DNA of 64,000 bases, from the NCBI GenBank assembly GCA_963701075.1, contig OY969559.1:1248001-1312000 (forward strand), read 5' to 3'. Positions 19,951-28,994 of this stretch are shown piece after piece. Each line of letters starts with the position of its first letter. Positions within the stretch are counted from its first letter, which is position 1. Both the position numbers and the translations under genes were made by a program. Below the pieces are notes generated by a model that was not told the origin of the DNA, ran no database searches, and worked only from the letters and a program-made list of their open reading frames with translations. The DNA is from an uncultured Nitrososphaerota archaeon. Lineage in GTDB: Archaea; Thermoproteota; Nitrososphaeria; Nitrososphaerales; Nitrosopumilaceae.

Positions 19951-20213
19951 ACATAGACGAAGCAACTCACATTATACTCAAGCCATACGTAACTGAAAAA
20001 ACATTTGCACTAGTTGAAAACGAAAGCAGGATTTGCTTTCTAGTAAGAGAAAACACCACAAAACCCAAGATAATGGAAGCAGTAAAGGTACTCTACAACG
20101 AGGTCCCAGTGACAGTAAACGTATGCAGAACAGTATATGGAAAGAAGGCTTTTGTAAAATTTGCAACAATAGAAAAAGCAAGAGACCTTGCAACTAAGAT
20201 AGGAATGCTATAA
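19947..20213 (+). CDS. rpl23: 50S ribosomal protein L23
   Basis: IILKPYVTEK, GKKAFVKF, ATKIGML. Confidence 0.95.
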   Translation: MNIDEATHIILKPYVTEKTFALVENESRICFLVRENTTKPKIMEAVKVLYNEVPVTVNVCRTVYGKKAFVKFATIEKARDLATKIGML

Positions 20214-20254
20214 TATGGTCCTTCGTGAATCAACTCAGATAAGGGTGGAACCAA

Positions 20255-20650
20255 TTGGTTAAAGAATTCAAGTATCGTGGAATGACACTGGAGCAACTGC
20301 AAGGTCTGTCACTTGAAAAGTTATTCGAACTTTTGCCCTCAAGAGCAAGAAGATCCCTGACAAGAGGCATTACTGACGATAAAAGAAAATTGCTTGAAGA
20401 CACCAAACTTGCAAAAGCAGGCAAAACAAAAACTACTATCAAAACCCACCTTCGAGACTTGATAATTTTACCATATATGGCAGGCCTAACTATTAGCGTA
20501 TATTCAGGCAAGGAGTTTAAGCCTGTTGAGATCAAACCAGATATGGTTGGACATTATCTTGGCGAATTTATTATGACTAACAAAAGAGTTGTTCACGGAG
20601 CACCTGGTGTAGGAGCATCAAGGTCCAGTTTGTACGTGCCATTAAAGTGA
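20255..20650 (+). CDS. rps19: 30S ribosomal protein S19
   Basis: [33 protein letters not shown]. Confidence 0.96.
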   Translation: MVKEFKYRGMTLEQLQGLSLEKLFELLPSRARRSLTRGITDDKRKLLEDTKLAKAGKTKTTIKTHLRDLIILPYMAGLTISVYSGKEFKPVEIKPDMVGHYLGEFIMTNKRVVHGAPGVGASRSSLYVPLK

Positions 20651-20656
20651 TTTTTT

Positions 20657-21112
20657 ATGCATTTTGATTATTCTTTTCAAAATTATGATAAAACAAGACA
20701 TGTCAGAGCTTCTCTAAGGGAGAAGACAATATCTCACAAACATGCACGTGAAGTTGCAGTTGCAATCAAAGGTCTGTCTATTGAAAAAGCAAGAACTTAC
20801 CTGCAAGCAGTTATCAATTTAGAGCGAGCCGTACCGTTTAGAAGATACAACAACGAAGTAGGACACAAGTCTGACACTGGAGTTATGTCAGGCAGATATC
20901 CAGAAAAGACAGCAGGTGAATTTATCCGTCTGCTTGATAATTTAGAATCAAACGCTGAATACCGCGGAATGGATCTTGATAGATTAAAGATAGTCAATGC
21001 AACAGTTCACAAAGGAAGAAGAATTGAAAGATTCATCCCACGTGCACAGGGAAGGGCAACACCCAAAATAAATATTCTAACACACGTGGAGCTAGTGGCT
21101 CAGGAGCTTTGA
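20657..21112 (+). CDS. rpl22: 50S ribosomal protein L22
   Basis: [28 protein letters not shown]. Confidence 0.96.
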   Translation: MHFDYSFQNYDKTRHVRASLREKTISHKHAREVAVAIKGLSIEKARTYLQAVINLERAVPFRRYNNEVGHKSDTGVMSGRYPEKTAGEFIRLLDNLESNAEYRGMDLDRLKIVNATVHKGRRIERFIPRAQGRATPKINILTHVELVAQEL

Positions 21113-21113
21113 C

Positions 21114-21887
21114 ATGTCATCAGTAAAAAACGTAATTCAGGATCACTACAAACTCATGCTCTTGAAAGATTATCTCAGAGAAGCAATCAAAGAGTCAGGT
21201 TTTTCAGAAGTTGATATTCAAAAAACTCCAACAGGTACAAGAGTTGGATTGCACGTGACAAGACCAGGAATTGTCATTGGCAGAAAAGGCAGTGGCATTA
21301 GAGATCTTACAAAAGTTTTAGAAAAAGACTTTGCACTCAAGAACCCACAAATTTCAGTAATAGAGATTCCTCGCCCAGAGCTTGAGCCAAGTGTCATGTG
21401 CAACAGAATGTCACAACATCTTGCAAGAGGAACTGCATTTAGACGAGCAGTCATGTGGACACTGCAAACAATCATGGAGGCAGGCGCAATGGGTGTGCAA
21501 ATCACAATATCAGGAAAACTCAGAGGAGATCGTTCATCATTTGAAAAACATAGCAAAGGAATCCTACCGCGTGCTGGATATCAGGCAGGAATCATAGTAT
21601 CTGAAGATATTGCTCATGTCGAGACTAAGATGGGTCTTATTGGTGTTAGAATTAGAATTGCCAAAAAGGAGAAAGTCGTTCCAGAATTTGAATTAAAGGT
21701 AAGAAAAGTAGTAGCAAAGGCCAAGGAAGTCCCAGTAGAAGAAACAGAAACTACCGAAGTTGAAATAATAGATGAATCACAAATTGACCCAACAAAGCCT
21801 CGTACAGAAAGTGAAGTAATAGAAATAGAAGAGAAGCTTATCGAAAAAGTTGAAACCTTTGAAGAAGTTGAGGAGGAACTCAAGTAA
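21114..21887 (+). CDS. rps3: 30S ribosomal protein S3
   Basis: [12 protein letters not shown] motif, ISGKLRG; acidic C-terminal tail. Confidence 0.96.
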   Translation: MSSVKNVIQDHYKLMLLKDYLREAIKESGFSEVDIQKTPTGTRVGLHVTRPGIVIGRKGSGIRDLTKVLEKDFALKNPQISVIEIPRPELEPSVMCNRMSQHLARGTAFRRAVMWTLQTIMEAGAMGVQITISGKLRGDRSSFEKHSKGILPRAGYQAGIIVSEDIAHVETKMGLIGVRIRIAKKEKVVPEFELKVRKVVAKAKEVPVEETETTEVEIIDESQIDPTKPRTESEVIEIEEKLIEKVETFEEVEEELK

Positions 21888-22090
21888 TGACTAGACTTAA
21901 GATGAAAACTATACGCGAGTTTAACGAAACTGACCTCAAGGACAGACTGGATCAATTACGCTCTGAGCTAACAAAGCTGAGGATAGAATCCTCTAAGGGA
22001 ACACTACGAAAAGACAGTGGTAAAGTAAAACCAATGCGAAGAGACATTGCGCGAGTACTGACTAGAATAAACGAGCTGAAGAAAAAATGA
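21887..22090 (+). CDS. rpl29: 50S ribosomal protein L29
   Basis: LRSEL..LR, RRDIARVLT; operon position. Confidence 0.93.
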   Translation: MTRLKMKTIREFNETDLKDRLDQLRSELTKLRIESSKGTLRKDSGKVKPMRRDIARVLTRINELKKK

Positions 22091-22353
22091 TAACAAAAGA
22101 AAACATCGCATCACATGAGTTAATTGGATTGCAAGCCCAGATTGTAGAATCAAGTAACAAACAGATAATTGGCCTTGCTGGAAAAGTCGTAGATGAAACC
22201 AAATTCATGTTTACACTAAATACTCTAAAAGGCAACAAAAAATTCCCAAAAGAAACTGCGCTCTGGAAGTTCAGTTTTAACAATGACGAAACAGAAATAG
22301 AGGGAACTAAATTGGCCAAAAGACCATACGAGCGAATGGGAATGAAAGCATGA
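22087..22353 (+). CDS. rnp1: RNase P protein subunit Rpp29
   Basis: HELIGL, G.VVDETK, G..L.KRPYER; conserved position. Confidence 0.9.
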   Translation: MITKENIASHELIGLQAQIVESSNKQIIGLAGKVVDETKFMFTLNTLKGNKKFPKETALWKFSFNNDETEIEGTKLAKRPYERMGMKA

Positions 22354-22673
22354 CTCGAAATATCGGGCTCCAAGTTGAAGCTCCCAAATCAGAATGCAAA
22401 GATCACGATTGTCCGTTTCATGGTACTCTGAGTATACGAGGAAAACTAGTTCAAGGAAAAGTGGTGAGCGCAAAGGCTCCTAAAATGGTTGTAGTGCAAC
22501 AAGAGGCTCCTAAATTTGTACCAAAATACAAAAGATATGCACGTAGCCAAAGTAAGATTCATGCCCATAGGCCGCTTTGCATTGATATCAAAGAGGGAGA
22601 TATTGTGTTAACTGCAGAATGTAGACCAATATCCAAAAGCGTATCGTTTGTAGTCGTGGAGGTTGTGTCATAA
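22350..22673 (+). CDS. rps17: 30S ribosomal protein S17
   Basis: CPFHG.L..RG, KYKRY, ECRPISKS. Confidence 0.96.
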   Translation: MTRNIGLQVEAPKSECKDHDCPFHGTLSIRGKLVQGKVVSAKAPKMVVVQQEAPKFVPKYKRYARSQSKIHAHRPLCIDIKEGDIVLTAECRPISKSVSFVVVEVVS

Positions 22674-23110
22674 TGGCAGCAACCAAGAGTCGTGCAGTTT
22701 CTGCAAAAGGCGTACAGGAATTCAGACCATATATTACACGAGCACTTCCTCTTGGCGCACAAGTAGTATGTGCAGATAACACTGGAGCAAAGATTTTGGA
22801 GATAGTAATGGTGCAAAAGACAAAGACCAGAGTAGCAAGATATCCATCAGCTGCTGTAGGAGATTTTGTAAACGTTGTAGTAAAAAAAGGCCCAGGTGAG
22901 CTCAGAGGCCAGATATTTGGAGCAGTAATAATTAGGCAAAAATATGCAGTTCACAGATTAAGCGGAGTTAGAATTACATTTGAAGATAATGCAGCAGTAC
23001 TTGTTACACCTGAAGGCGAGATCAAAGGAACAGAAATCAAGGGACCGGTTGCAGTAGAAGCGTCAGAAAAATGGCCAAGGATAGCAAATCTGGCATCAAT
23101 GGTGGTATAA
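22673..23110 (+). CDS. rpl14: 50S ribosomal protein L14
   Basis: CADNTGAK, FEDNAAV, KGPVA. Confidence 0.96.
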   Translation: MAATKSRAVSAKGVQEFRPYITRALPLGAQVVCADNTGAKILEIVMVQKTKTRVARYPSAAVGDFVNVVVKKGPGELRGQIFGAVIIRQKYAVHRLSGVRITFEDNAAVLVTPEGEIKGTEIKGPVAVEASEKWPRIANLASMVV

Positions 23111-23111
23111 G

Positions 23112-23657
23112 ATGAATCCAGCTAAAATGCGTCATAGGATGTTGTATATTGCACCGCTGCACCTAGTTAGCAAACAACTAGCCGCTCCACTTTCTAAAGC
23201 ACTACAAGAAAAATATACGCATCAAACCAGCGCCAGAGTGGTAGAAGGTGACAGCGTCAAAGTTCTTCGAGGCGAATTTAAGGGAATTGAAGGAAAAGTT
23301 ACTAATGTATCAACTCTAAAGCGAGGAATTGCAATAGAGGGAATAAAACGAGAAAAACTCAAGGGAGGAAACGTGGACATTTACATTCATCCATCTAACG
23401 TAATGATTACTGCTCTAAATCTAGATGACAAGTGGAGACAAAATAGACTTGAAGGACAGAAACCAACAAAGACTGCAAAACCAAAACCAGCAGAGGAACC
23501 AAAAGAAACCAAGCCAAAAGACGTCCCACAACCAAAGGAGAAAAAAGAGGAAACAAAAGAACAAAAACCAAAACAAAAAGAAACAAAGGCAGTTGAAAAA
23601 ACTGCAAAGGCAAATAAAGAGCAAAAATCTCCAAAATCAAAAAAGAGTGATAAATAA
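23112..23657 (+). CDS. rpl24: 50S ribosomal protein L24 with K/E/P-rich C-terminal extension
   Basis: GDSVKVLRGEFKG KOW motif, IHPSNV, LDDKWR. Confidence 0.94.
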   Translation: MNPAKMRHRMLYIAPLHLVSKQLAAPLSKALQEKYTHQTSARVVEGDSVKVLRGEFKGIEGKVTNVSTLKRGIAIEGIKREKLKGGNVDIYIHPSNVMITALNLDDKWRQNRLEGQKPTKTAKPKPAEEPKETKPKDVPQPKEKKEETKEQKPKQKETKAVEKTAKANKEQKSPKSKKSDK

Positions 23658-24373
23658 TGGTTAGCATATCTGGAAGCAAGAAATTAAAAAGACAAATGGC
23701 CCCGCTTTTCTGGGGAATTACAAGAAAGGATAAGAGATTTGTAGTTACAGTCAAGCCAGGAGGTCACAAAAAAGATGTCTCCATTCCTACAGCTGTATTT
23801 GTGCGTGACACACTAAAGCTTGCAGACTCTCTTCGAGAAGTAAAGTCTGTCGTATATGGAGGAAAAATCACAGTGGACGGAGTTACTCGCAAGTCACTTC
23901 ATCACGGCCTTGGACTAATGGATGTAGTAGAACTGCAAGGTGTACCAGAAATATATCGCCTTGTTCCAAAAGATCTGACTGTCTTAAAGCCAATTATAAT
24001 AAATGCATCTGAAAAAACAAAAAAACTGCTAAAGGTAACAAAAAAAGTCACAATCAAGGATAAAAAAACACAGCTAGGTTTCCACGATGGACGAATTCTT
24101 ATCTCTGACACTAAAGTAAATGTCGGTGACACGTGTCTGGTGCAAGTTCCAGAAATCAAGATTCTTGATGTTATAAAACTCGAAAAAGGTGCACAAGTTA
24201 TTGTAACTAGCGGTGTAAACGCAGGAAAGATAGGAAAAGTTGCAGAAATGGAAGCGGGAACATTCGTATTACCTCGAAGGGCTTTGGTTGATATTGACGA
24301 TAGACAAATTGAAATCCCATCTGACTTGGTCATGGCAGTTGGAAAAGACAAACCAGTGATACAAATCCAGTGA
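23657..24373 (+). CDS. rps4e: 30S ribosomal protein S4e
   Basis: KLKRQMAP..W.I.RK, VDG..R, GLMDV, HDGR. Confidence 0.96.
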   Translation: MVSISGSKKLKRQMAPLFWGITRKDKRFVVTVKPGGHKKDVSIPTAVFVRDTLKLADSLREVKSVVYGGKITVDGVTRKSLHHGLGLMDVVELQGVPEIYRLVPKDLTVLKPIIINASEKTKKLLKVTKKVTIKDKKTQLGFHDGRILISDTKVNVGDTCLVQVPEIKILDVIKLEKGAQVIVTSGVNAGKIGKVAEMEAGTFVLPRRALVDIDDRQIEIPSDLVMAVGKDKPVIQIQ

Positions 24374-24378
24374 TAAAT

Positions 24379-24900
24379 ATGGCGCAAAAAGTAGAATCTC
24401 CAATGAAAAAAATAACAGTTGCTAAAGTAGTATTGAATATGGGCGTTGGAAAATCAGGCGAACCCATAGAGAAGGCAAAACGTGCATTACTGCAAATATC
24501 AGGCCAGCAACCAAATCCAAGAGCAGCAAAAGCTACTCAAAGAGACTGGGGTGTACACAAGGGAGAACCAATTGGTGTTGCAGTAACCATACGAAAACAG
24601 CCTGCACTTGAATTGATAAAAAGACTAGTCACTGCCAAAGGAAGCCAGCTCAAAAGCTCATCATTTGATGAGTTTGGCAATGTTTCTTTTGGAATACGCG
24701 AGCACATTGATATTCCAGGGGTAAAGTATGATCCTGACGTTGGAATTGTAGGGCTCAATATTACAGTCTCGCTGACAAGACCTGGATTTAACATTAGAGT
24801 TAGAAGCAAACACAAGGCAAGCATTGGTGTCAATCATATCATCACTTCTGAGCATGCAAAGGAATTCATGGCACGCGAATTTGGAGTCCAAGTGATATAA
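24379..24900 (+). CDS. rpl5: 50S ribosomal protein L5
   Basis: KVVLNMGVG, FD..GN.SFGI.EHID.PGVKYDP. Confidence 0.96.
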   Translation: MAQKVESPMKKITVAKVVLNMGVGKSGEPIEKAKRALLQISGQQPNPRAAKATQRDWGVHKGEPIGVAVTIRKQPALELIKRLVTAKGSQLKSSSFDEFGNVSFGIREHIDIPGVKYDPDVGIVGLNITVSLTRPGFNIRVRSKHKASIGVNHIITSEHAKEFMAREFGVQVI

Positions 24901-24901
24901 G

Positions 24902-25081
24902 ATGGCCAAGAATCGCGATTACAAGGTAACTGGAAGAAAGGAGCACAAATTCGGAAAGGGCTCTAGATGGTGTAAAAGATGCGGTGACTATAATGCTGTT
25001 ATTCAAAAATATGACTTGACACTATGCAGACGATGTTTCCGAGAAGTAGCTGTTTCATTGGGGTTTAACAAATTCAGGTAA
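24902..25081 (+). CDS. rps14: 30S ribosomal protein S14 (59 aa, below ORF-track cutoff)
   Basis: Manual translation ...GKGSRWCKRCG..IQKYDLTLCRRCFREVA.SLGFNKFR*. Confidence 0.95.
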   Translation: MAKNRDYKVTGRKEHKFGKGSRWCKRCGDYNAVIQKYDLTLCRRCFREVAVSLGFNKFR

Positions 25082-25086
25082 TAGAT

Positions 25087-25479
25087 ATGCCAACAACCAA
25101 TATTCTAGCAAACTTATTTGTGACGATATACAACAGCGAAGCAAGAAGAAAGGGAGACTGTGTGGTGTTGCCTACGTCAAAGATTGCAACTGAGGTGCTA
25201 AAAACACTGCAAAATCATAATTATATTGGAGAGTTTGAGCACGTTGACGATAAAAGAGGAGGCAAATTCAAAATAGAGTTGCTGGCAAAGATAACAAAGT
25301 GTGGAGCAATTACTCCGACATTTAAGGTAGACAAGGACGGATATGCAAAGTGGGAACAGCAGTACTTGCCATCATATTCAAGAGGTATGCTTATTGTTAC
25401 AACAAATCAAGGTGTAATGTCACATCATGATGCAGTTACGAAAGGTATTGGAGGACTATTGATAGGATATGTCTACTGA
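25087..25479 (+). CDS. rps8: 30S ribosomal protein S8
   Basis: YIGEFE.VDD.RGG, KCGAI.P, TTNQGVMSH, GG.LIGYVY. Confidence 0.96.
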   Translation: MPTTNILANLFVTIYNSEARRKGDCVVLPTSKIATEVLKTLQNHNYIGEFEHVDDKRGGKFKIELLAKITKCGAITPTFKVDKDGYAKWEQQYLPSYSRGMLIVTTNQGVMSHHDAVTKGIGGLLIGYVY

Positions 25480-26026
25480 GCAAGTTGAAATCCACGAGGT
25501 AACAATTGAGATACCTGATAAAGTTAAGGTATTTGAGCACCACAGGATTCTCAGTGTAGAGGGCCCACTAGGCAAGACAAGAAAAAGTTTCAAGAAAATT
25601 CCAATTGATGTCAAAATAGATGGCAAAAATATAATGCTAAAATCTCAAGGTACCCGCAAGAGAGACTATGCAATCTTCAAGACTGCAGAGTCGCTTGTTC
25701 GTACTCTAATCAAGGGAGTACAAACTGGATACACATTTAAGATGAAGATAGTCTACGCCCACTTTCCTATTACAGTCAAAGCAAAAGATGGCAGCATACA
25801 TGTAGAGAATTTCCAAGGAGAGCGTGCAGCTAGAGTGTCCAAAATATTTGGTGCAACAAAGGTTGTATCAAAAGGAGACGATGTTGTCATCACAGGACCT
25901 GTACTGACTGATGTCTCCCAAACATGTGCAAGCCTTCAGCAAAACACCAAAGTCAAAAACAAAGACTCGAGAGTTTTTCTTGACGGCATTTATCTTTTTG
26001 AAAAACAAGACGGTATAGAAAAGTAA
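25469..26026 (+). CDS. rpl6: 50S ribosomal protein L6
   Basis: VEGPLGK, YAHFPI, ENFQGER, KDSRVFLDGIY. Confidence 0.96.
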   Translation: MSTEQVEIHEVTIEIPDKVKVFEHHRILSVEGPLGKTRKSFKKIPIDVKIDGKNIMLKSQGTRKRDYAIFKTAESLVRTLIKGVQTGYTFKMKIVYAHFPITVKAKDGSIHVENFQGERAARVSKIFGATKVVSKGDDVVITGPVLTDVSQTCASLQQNTKVKNKDSRVFLDGIYLFEKQDGIEK

Positions 26027-26072
26027 TTCTCAGCAAAGAATAAATCCGCTTATCCTACGAACAAAGTCTATT

Positions 26073-26147
26073 GCCGCCCTCAGCTCAGCGTGGTAGAGCA
26101 GCTGGCTGTTAACCAGCGGGTCGCCAGTTCAAGTCTGGCGGGCGGCG
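26073..26147 (+). tRNA. tRNA-Asn(GUU), with an extra C at 26081
   Basis: GCCGCCC/GGGCGGC acceptor, GCTC/GAGC D-stem, GCTGG-CTGTTAA-CCAGC, GCCAG-TTCAAGT-CTGGC; 3 nt (TCA) instead of 2 between acceptor and D stems. Confidence 0.93.
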
Positions 26148-26151
26148 CTTT

Positions 26152-26264
26152 AATATTTCTAAATTCGAATTCTGAAATATTGTTTTTTGCATCTGCTAAT
26201 CAAAATGCGTTGAATTGCCACACTTGTGATACCATATTTCTAAATTCGAATTATGAAATATTGT
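26152..26264. repeat. Two copies of a 30-31 bp palindrome, 81-bp period
   Basis: ATATTTCTAAATTCGAATT(C/A)TGAAATATTGT at 26153-26183 and 26234-26264. Confidence 0.9.
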
Positions 26265-26349
26265 ATTACGATCACGCTTTGGTTTATTCTGTTAGACTAG
26301 ATAGATCTAATACTGATCGCTACATAACCACATATGCAGGAGGTCCGCA

Positions 26350-26607
26350 TTGGCCAGAACAAGACGCGCAAATAGATATTGCGTGGATTGTGGGGGAAGA
26401 TTAGTTTACTACCCTCGCCTTTCGAATCCAAAAGCTCCAAACGAATACAGGGTTCTGGTTTATGCTTGTCCCGACTGCACTAAAGATTTTGATAAGCCAA
26501 AGATGTTCTCAATCAAACGAAATGTGGTAGATGAGCCAATTGAGACAGTGGAAATAGAGATAGTTCAAGCCCGGGAAAAGGTTCCTGAGGCCATAAAGTC
26601 CACGTGA
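26350..26607 (+). CDS. Zinc-ribbon protein
   Basis: CVDC...CPDC; AGGAGG upstream of TTG start. Confidence 0.7.
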   Translation: MARTRRANRYCVDCGGRLVYYPRLSNPKAPNEYRVLVYACPDCTKDFDKPKMFSIKRNVVDEPIETVEIEIVQAREKVPEAIKST

Positions 26608-26662
26608 TATATCCCGTGTAAAAAGATTAAAGTGTAGCTGGGAAAATATTACACTGAAAAAG

Positions 26663-26986
26663 ATGAGAGTCTTTTACACCCAGAAACTTGAAAATATTTT
26701 AGAGAAAATAGAACTAAGTGACTGGAGACAAAGGCTACGAGCGCCACTGACCTATGCAGAACAATCTCTATCTGATAACTGGAAGTCTTGTGCCCTCGGG
26801 GAGAGGATGAGAAAGGAAGGGCGTGATCTTGGCAAAGTAAAGGATCTAACCCCTGACGCCATAAAATTGGGATTTAGCTTTGCGACTGCAGTAAAGCGCA
26901 GGGACAGTACTGCCGCTTTGGAGATTTTAGAGCAAATTGAAAAACTGCCGTCTATATGGCACACCCAGGACGATTCCTCTGCCTGA
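26663..26986 (+). CDS. Hypothetical protein
   Basis: 107-aa ATG ORF, protein-like composition. Confidence 0.6.
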   Translation: MRVFYTQKLENILEKIELSDWRQRLRAPLTYAEQSLSDNWKSCALGERMRKEGRDLGKVKDLTPDAIKLGFSFATAVKRRDSTAALEILEQIEKLPSIWHTQDDSSA

Positions 26987-27472
26987 TTTTGTAGCCTTTC
27001 AGTCATTAATTTCTTAACTTTTTGGCAACTTGCAAAGGGCACAACATGCCAATTTGTCACAAAAAACACCCGTGATAAACCTGGTTTTTTGGATGATAAA
27101 ATGCAGTATATTTTGGCCTTATTTTTTTGTAAAAAATGGTCAAAAAACGGGGGTTGAACATCTAGTCGTACCAAAAGAAGAAACACAAACTCTTACCGGG
27201 TAATGGGGGTGTTTTGACCCTTGGCTCGTATATGCACGCACAAGTGCTAAACCCCCCCAAAAAATGATGCTTTTTGAAAAAATCACCTTCTTCATGGTAT
27301 CAGAAAAATAAGCAGGGGTTTAACCTTTGGACGTCGATTCAAAAAAACATTATTTTTTCAAAACAGACCATTTTAGACCATTTATGGGCAGGAACTGACC
27401 CGATGATCTGGCAAGTTTGGCTGAAAATAGGGGGGTAAAAATAACCCCAAATGCGTCAAAGAACTGGATAAC

Positions 27473-27568
27473 ATGGTTCTTTGTCACAAATGCTCTGATG
27501 AAAAACATGGGGAATGCATGGGAAAAGCAGGTATGTTTGAGTGTGACTGTCAGGTTTGCAAGAAATAA
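27473..27568 (+). CDS. Putative Cys/His-rich microprotein (31 aa)
   Basis: MVLCHKCSDEKHGECMGKAGMFECDCQVCKK*. Confidence 0.55.
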   Translation: MVLCHKCSDEKHGECMGKAGMFECDCQVCKK

Positions 27569-27622
27569 AACTCATGCAAAAATACTGTACATGCTAGTAC
27601 TTTTTGAACTGCTTTATATCAT

Positions 27623-28496
27623 CAACTCATCCTAAAACCCTCCAATACATCATTATTCCAGTAATGTTAAGAAATGCCAGATAATTTTCTGCAATTCTCT
27701 CATATCTGATTCTAATTCTGTGGAATCCACATTTGAGCCATGCAAAGAATCTCTCCACCACGTATCTTGTCCTGTTGTAATTACTCTGACTTTTCTTATT
27801 GTTGTTATTTTTGAAATTTCTGGATGGAATGCAGTCCCTGATGTTTCTATTCTTTAGATACTCTCTAATCTTTTTTGCATCATAACCCTTGTCTGCATAT
27901 ACAGCTACAATCTGTTCTATGGAATCATCATCAAGATATTCAGAGATGTTTTCCATCACATCGATGAGCTTTGTTGAATCATGCTCATTTGCAGGACCAA
28001 TAATTATTGATACTGGAAGTGAATTGCAATCTACTGCAACATGTATTTTCGTGCCTGATATTCTTTTGAATCCGTCGTATCCTGTCACATCTCCCCTTTT
28101 TTGGCTGCAACAGTTGACGAATCAACCGATACCTTTTGCAGCTGTATCTTCCCTGAATGGTGTGCTGATTTTATTGCATCAGATAAGATATTTTGCCAGA
28201 TTCCTTTTTGCTGCCATTTCTGCAATCTGAGATGAGCAGTTGATTTTGAGCCGTATCTTTTTGGCATCTCCTCCCACCTGCAGCCGGTAACCAGAATAAA
28301 CATGATTCCATTTATTGTGGTACGGTCATCACACCTTGGTCTGCCTGTTCTGGCAGGCGATGGAAGGTGTTTTTGTATTGTTTCCCATTGTTTGTCTGAG
28401 ATTTCTTGGAATTTCATGGAATCAGTGTGATTATTCCATCTGATAGATCCAGTGATCGTCAAAAATTTACTAAATGATCAGTTTTAGGATGAGTTG
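27623..28496 (-). mobile_element. IS5-family insertion sequence, copy 2 (874 bp)
   Basis: Same TIRs; TSD CAT (27620-27622, 28497-28499); one synonymous difference from copy 1 seen (17503 G vs 27909 A). Confidence 0.95.
27627..28462 (-). CDS. IS5-family transposase, two ORFs (28085-28462 and 27627-28088)
   Basis: Protein sequences identical to copy 1. Confidence 0.92.
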
Positions 28497-28519
28497 CATA
28501 TATCAAACAAGTTGAATTC

Positions 28520-28864
28520 GTGCCAGATCTTGACGATCTAACAAAGGCAAAGATAGTGCAGATGATTCTTGACGGAACAACAGAAGGCGCACTTGGCAAA
28601 CTAAGTGAGTTTTATCGAGTTGAAACCCCAAAAATAGCAGTTGGGACAGTCAAAGGAAAAAGAAGAACCGTATATGCGGCATATGTGCCCTCTGAGAAGA
28701 AGATTTACGCATTAAACTCTGACATTTTTTGTAATCCATTTGTTATTTTGCACGAGTATTATCATCATATTCGCTCAAAGCTTGGAATACACAAGGGCTC
28801 AGAAAGGCATGCCAATATGTATGCCAAAGGCTTTATCGATTCATATGCTAAAATAATGTCGTAA
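28520..28864 (+). CDS. Small zincin-like HExxH protein
   Basis: VILHEYYH followed by SERHANMYA. Confidence 0.7.
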   Translation: MPDLDDLTKAKIVQMILDGTTEGALGKLSEFYRVETPKIAVGTVKGKRRTVYAAYVPSEKKIYALNSDIFCNPFVILHEYYHHIRSKLGIHKGSERHANMYAKGFIDSYAKIMS

Positions 28865-28994
28865 ATCAAAACATGAGAATTTTTGAATTCCTGCTAATTA
28901 AATTGTAAATATATTGAAAATCTAGTTCTTTTTTACCAAATAATTGTATTATAAATCTGATTAATATTGTTCATATTGTGAGACAATTGGGATT

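Noticed and set aside
20213-20255. rpl2 missing between rpl23 and rps19, and the cluster ending after rpl6
   Set aside because: To my recollection this split arrangement is usual in Nitrosopumilales-type genomes, so it is not novel.
26153-26264. Repeat-spacer-repeat as a CRISPR array
   Set aside because: Only two adjacent units, a 50-bp spacer, a fully palindromic repeat, no cas genes or leader, and an isolated third copy 5.5 kb away.
26090-26404. 104-aa ORF in the track
   Set aside because: Overlaps tRNA-Asn and the palindromic repeats; spurious.
26990-27460. Replication origin
   Set aside because: G-strings are present but there is no TTCCA-N-GGAA ORB core and no adjacent cdc6/orc1.
27417-27635. 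72-aa ORF in the track
   Set aside because: TTG start, runs into the IS end; the overlapping Cys-rich 31-aa frame is more protein-like.
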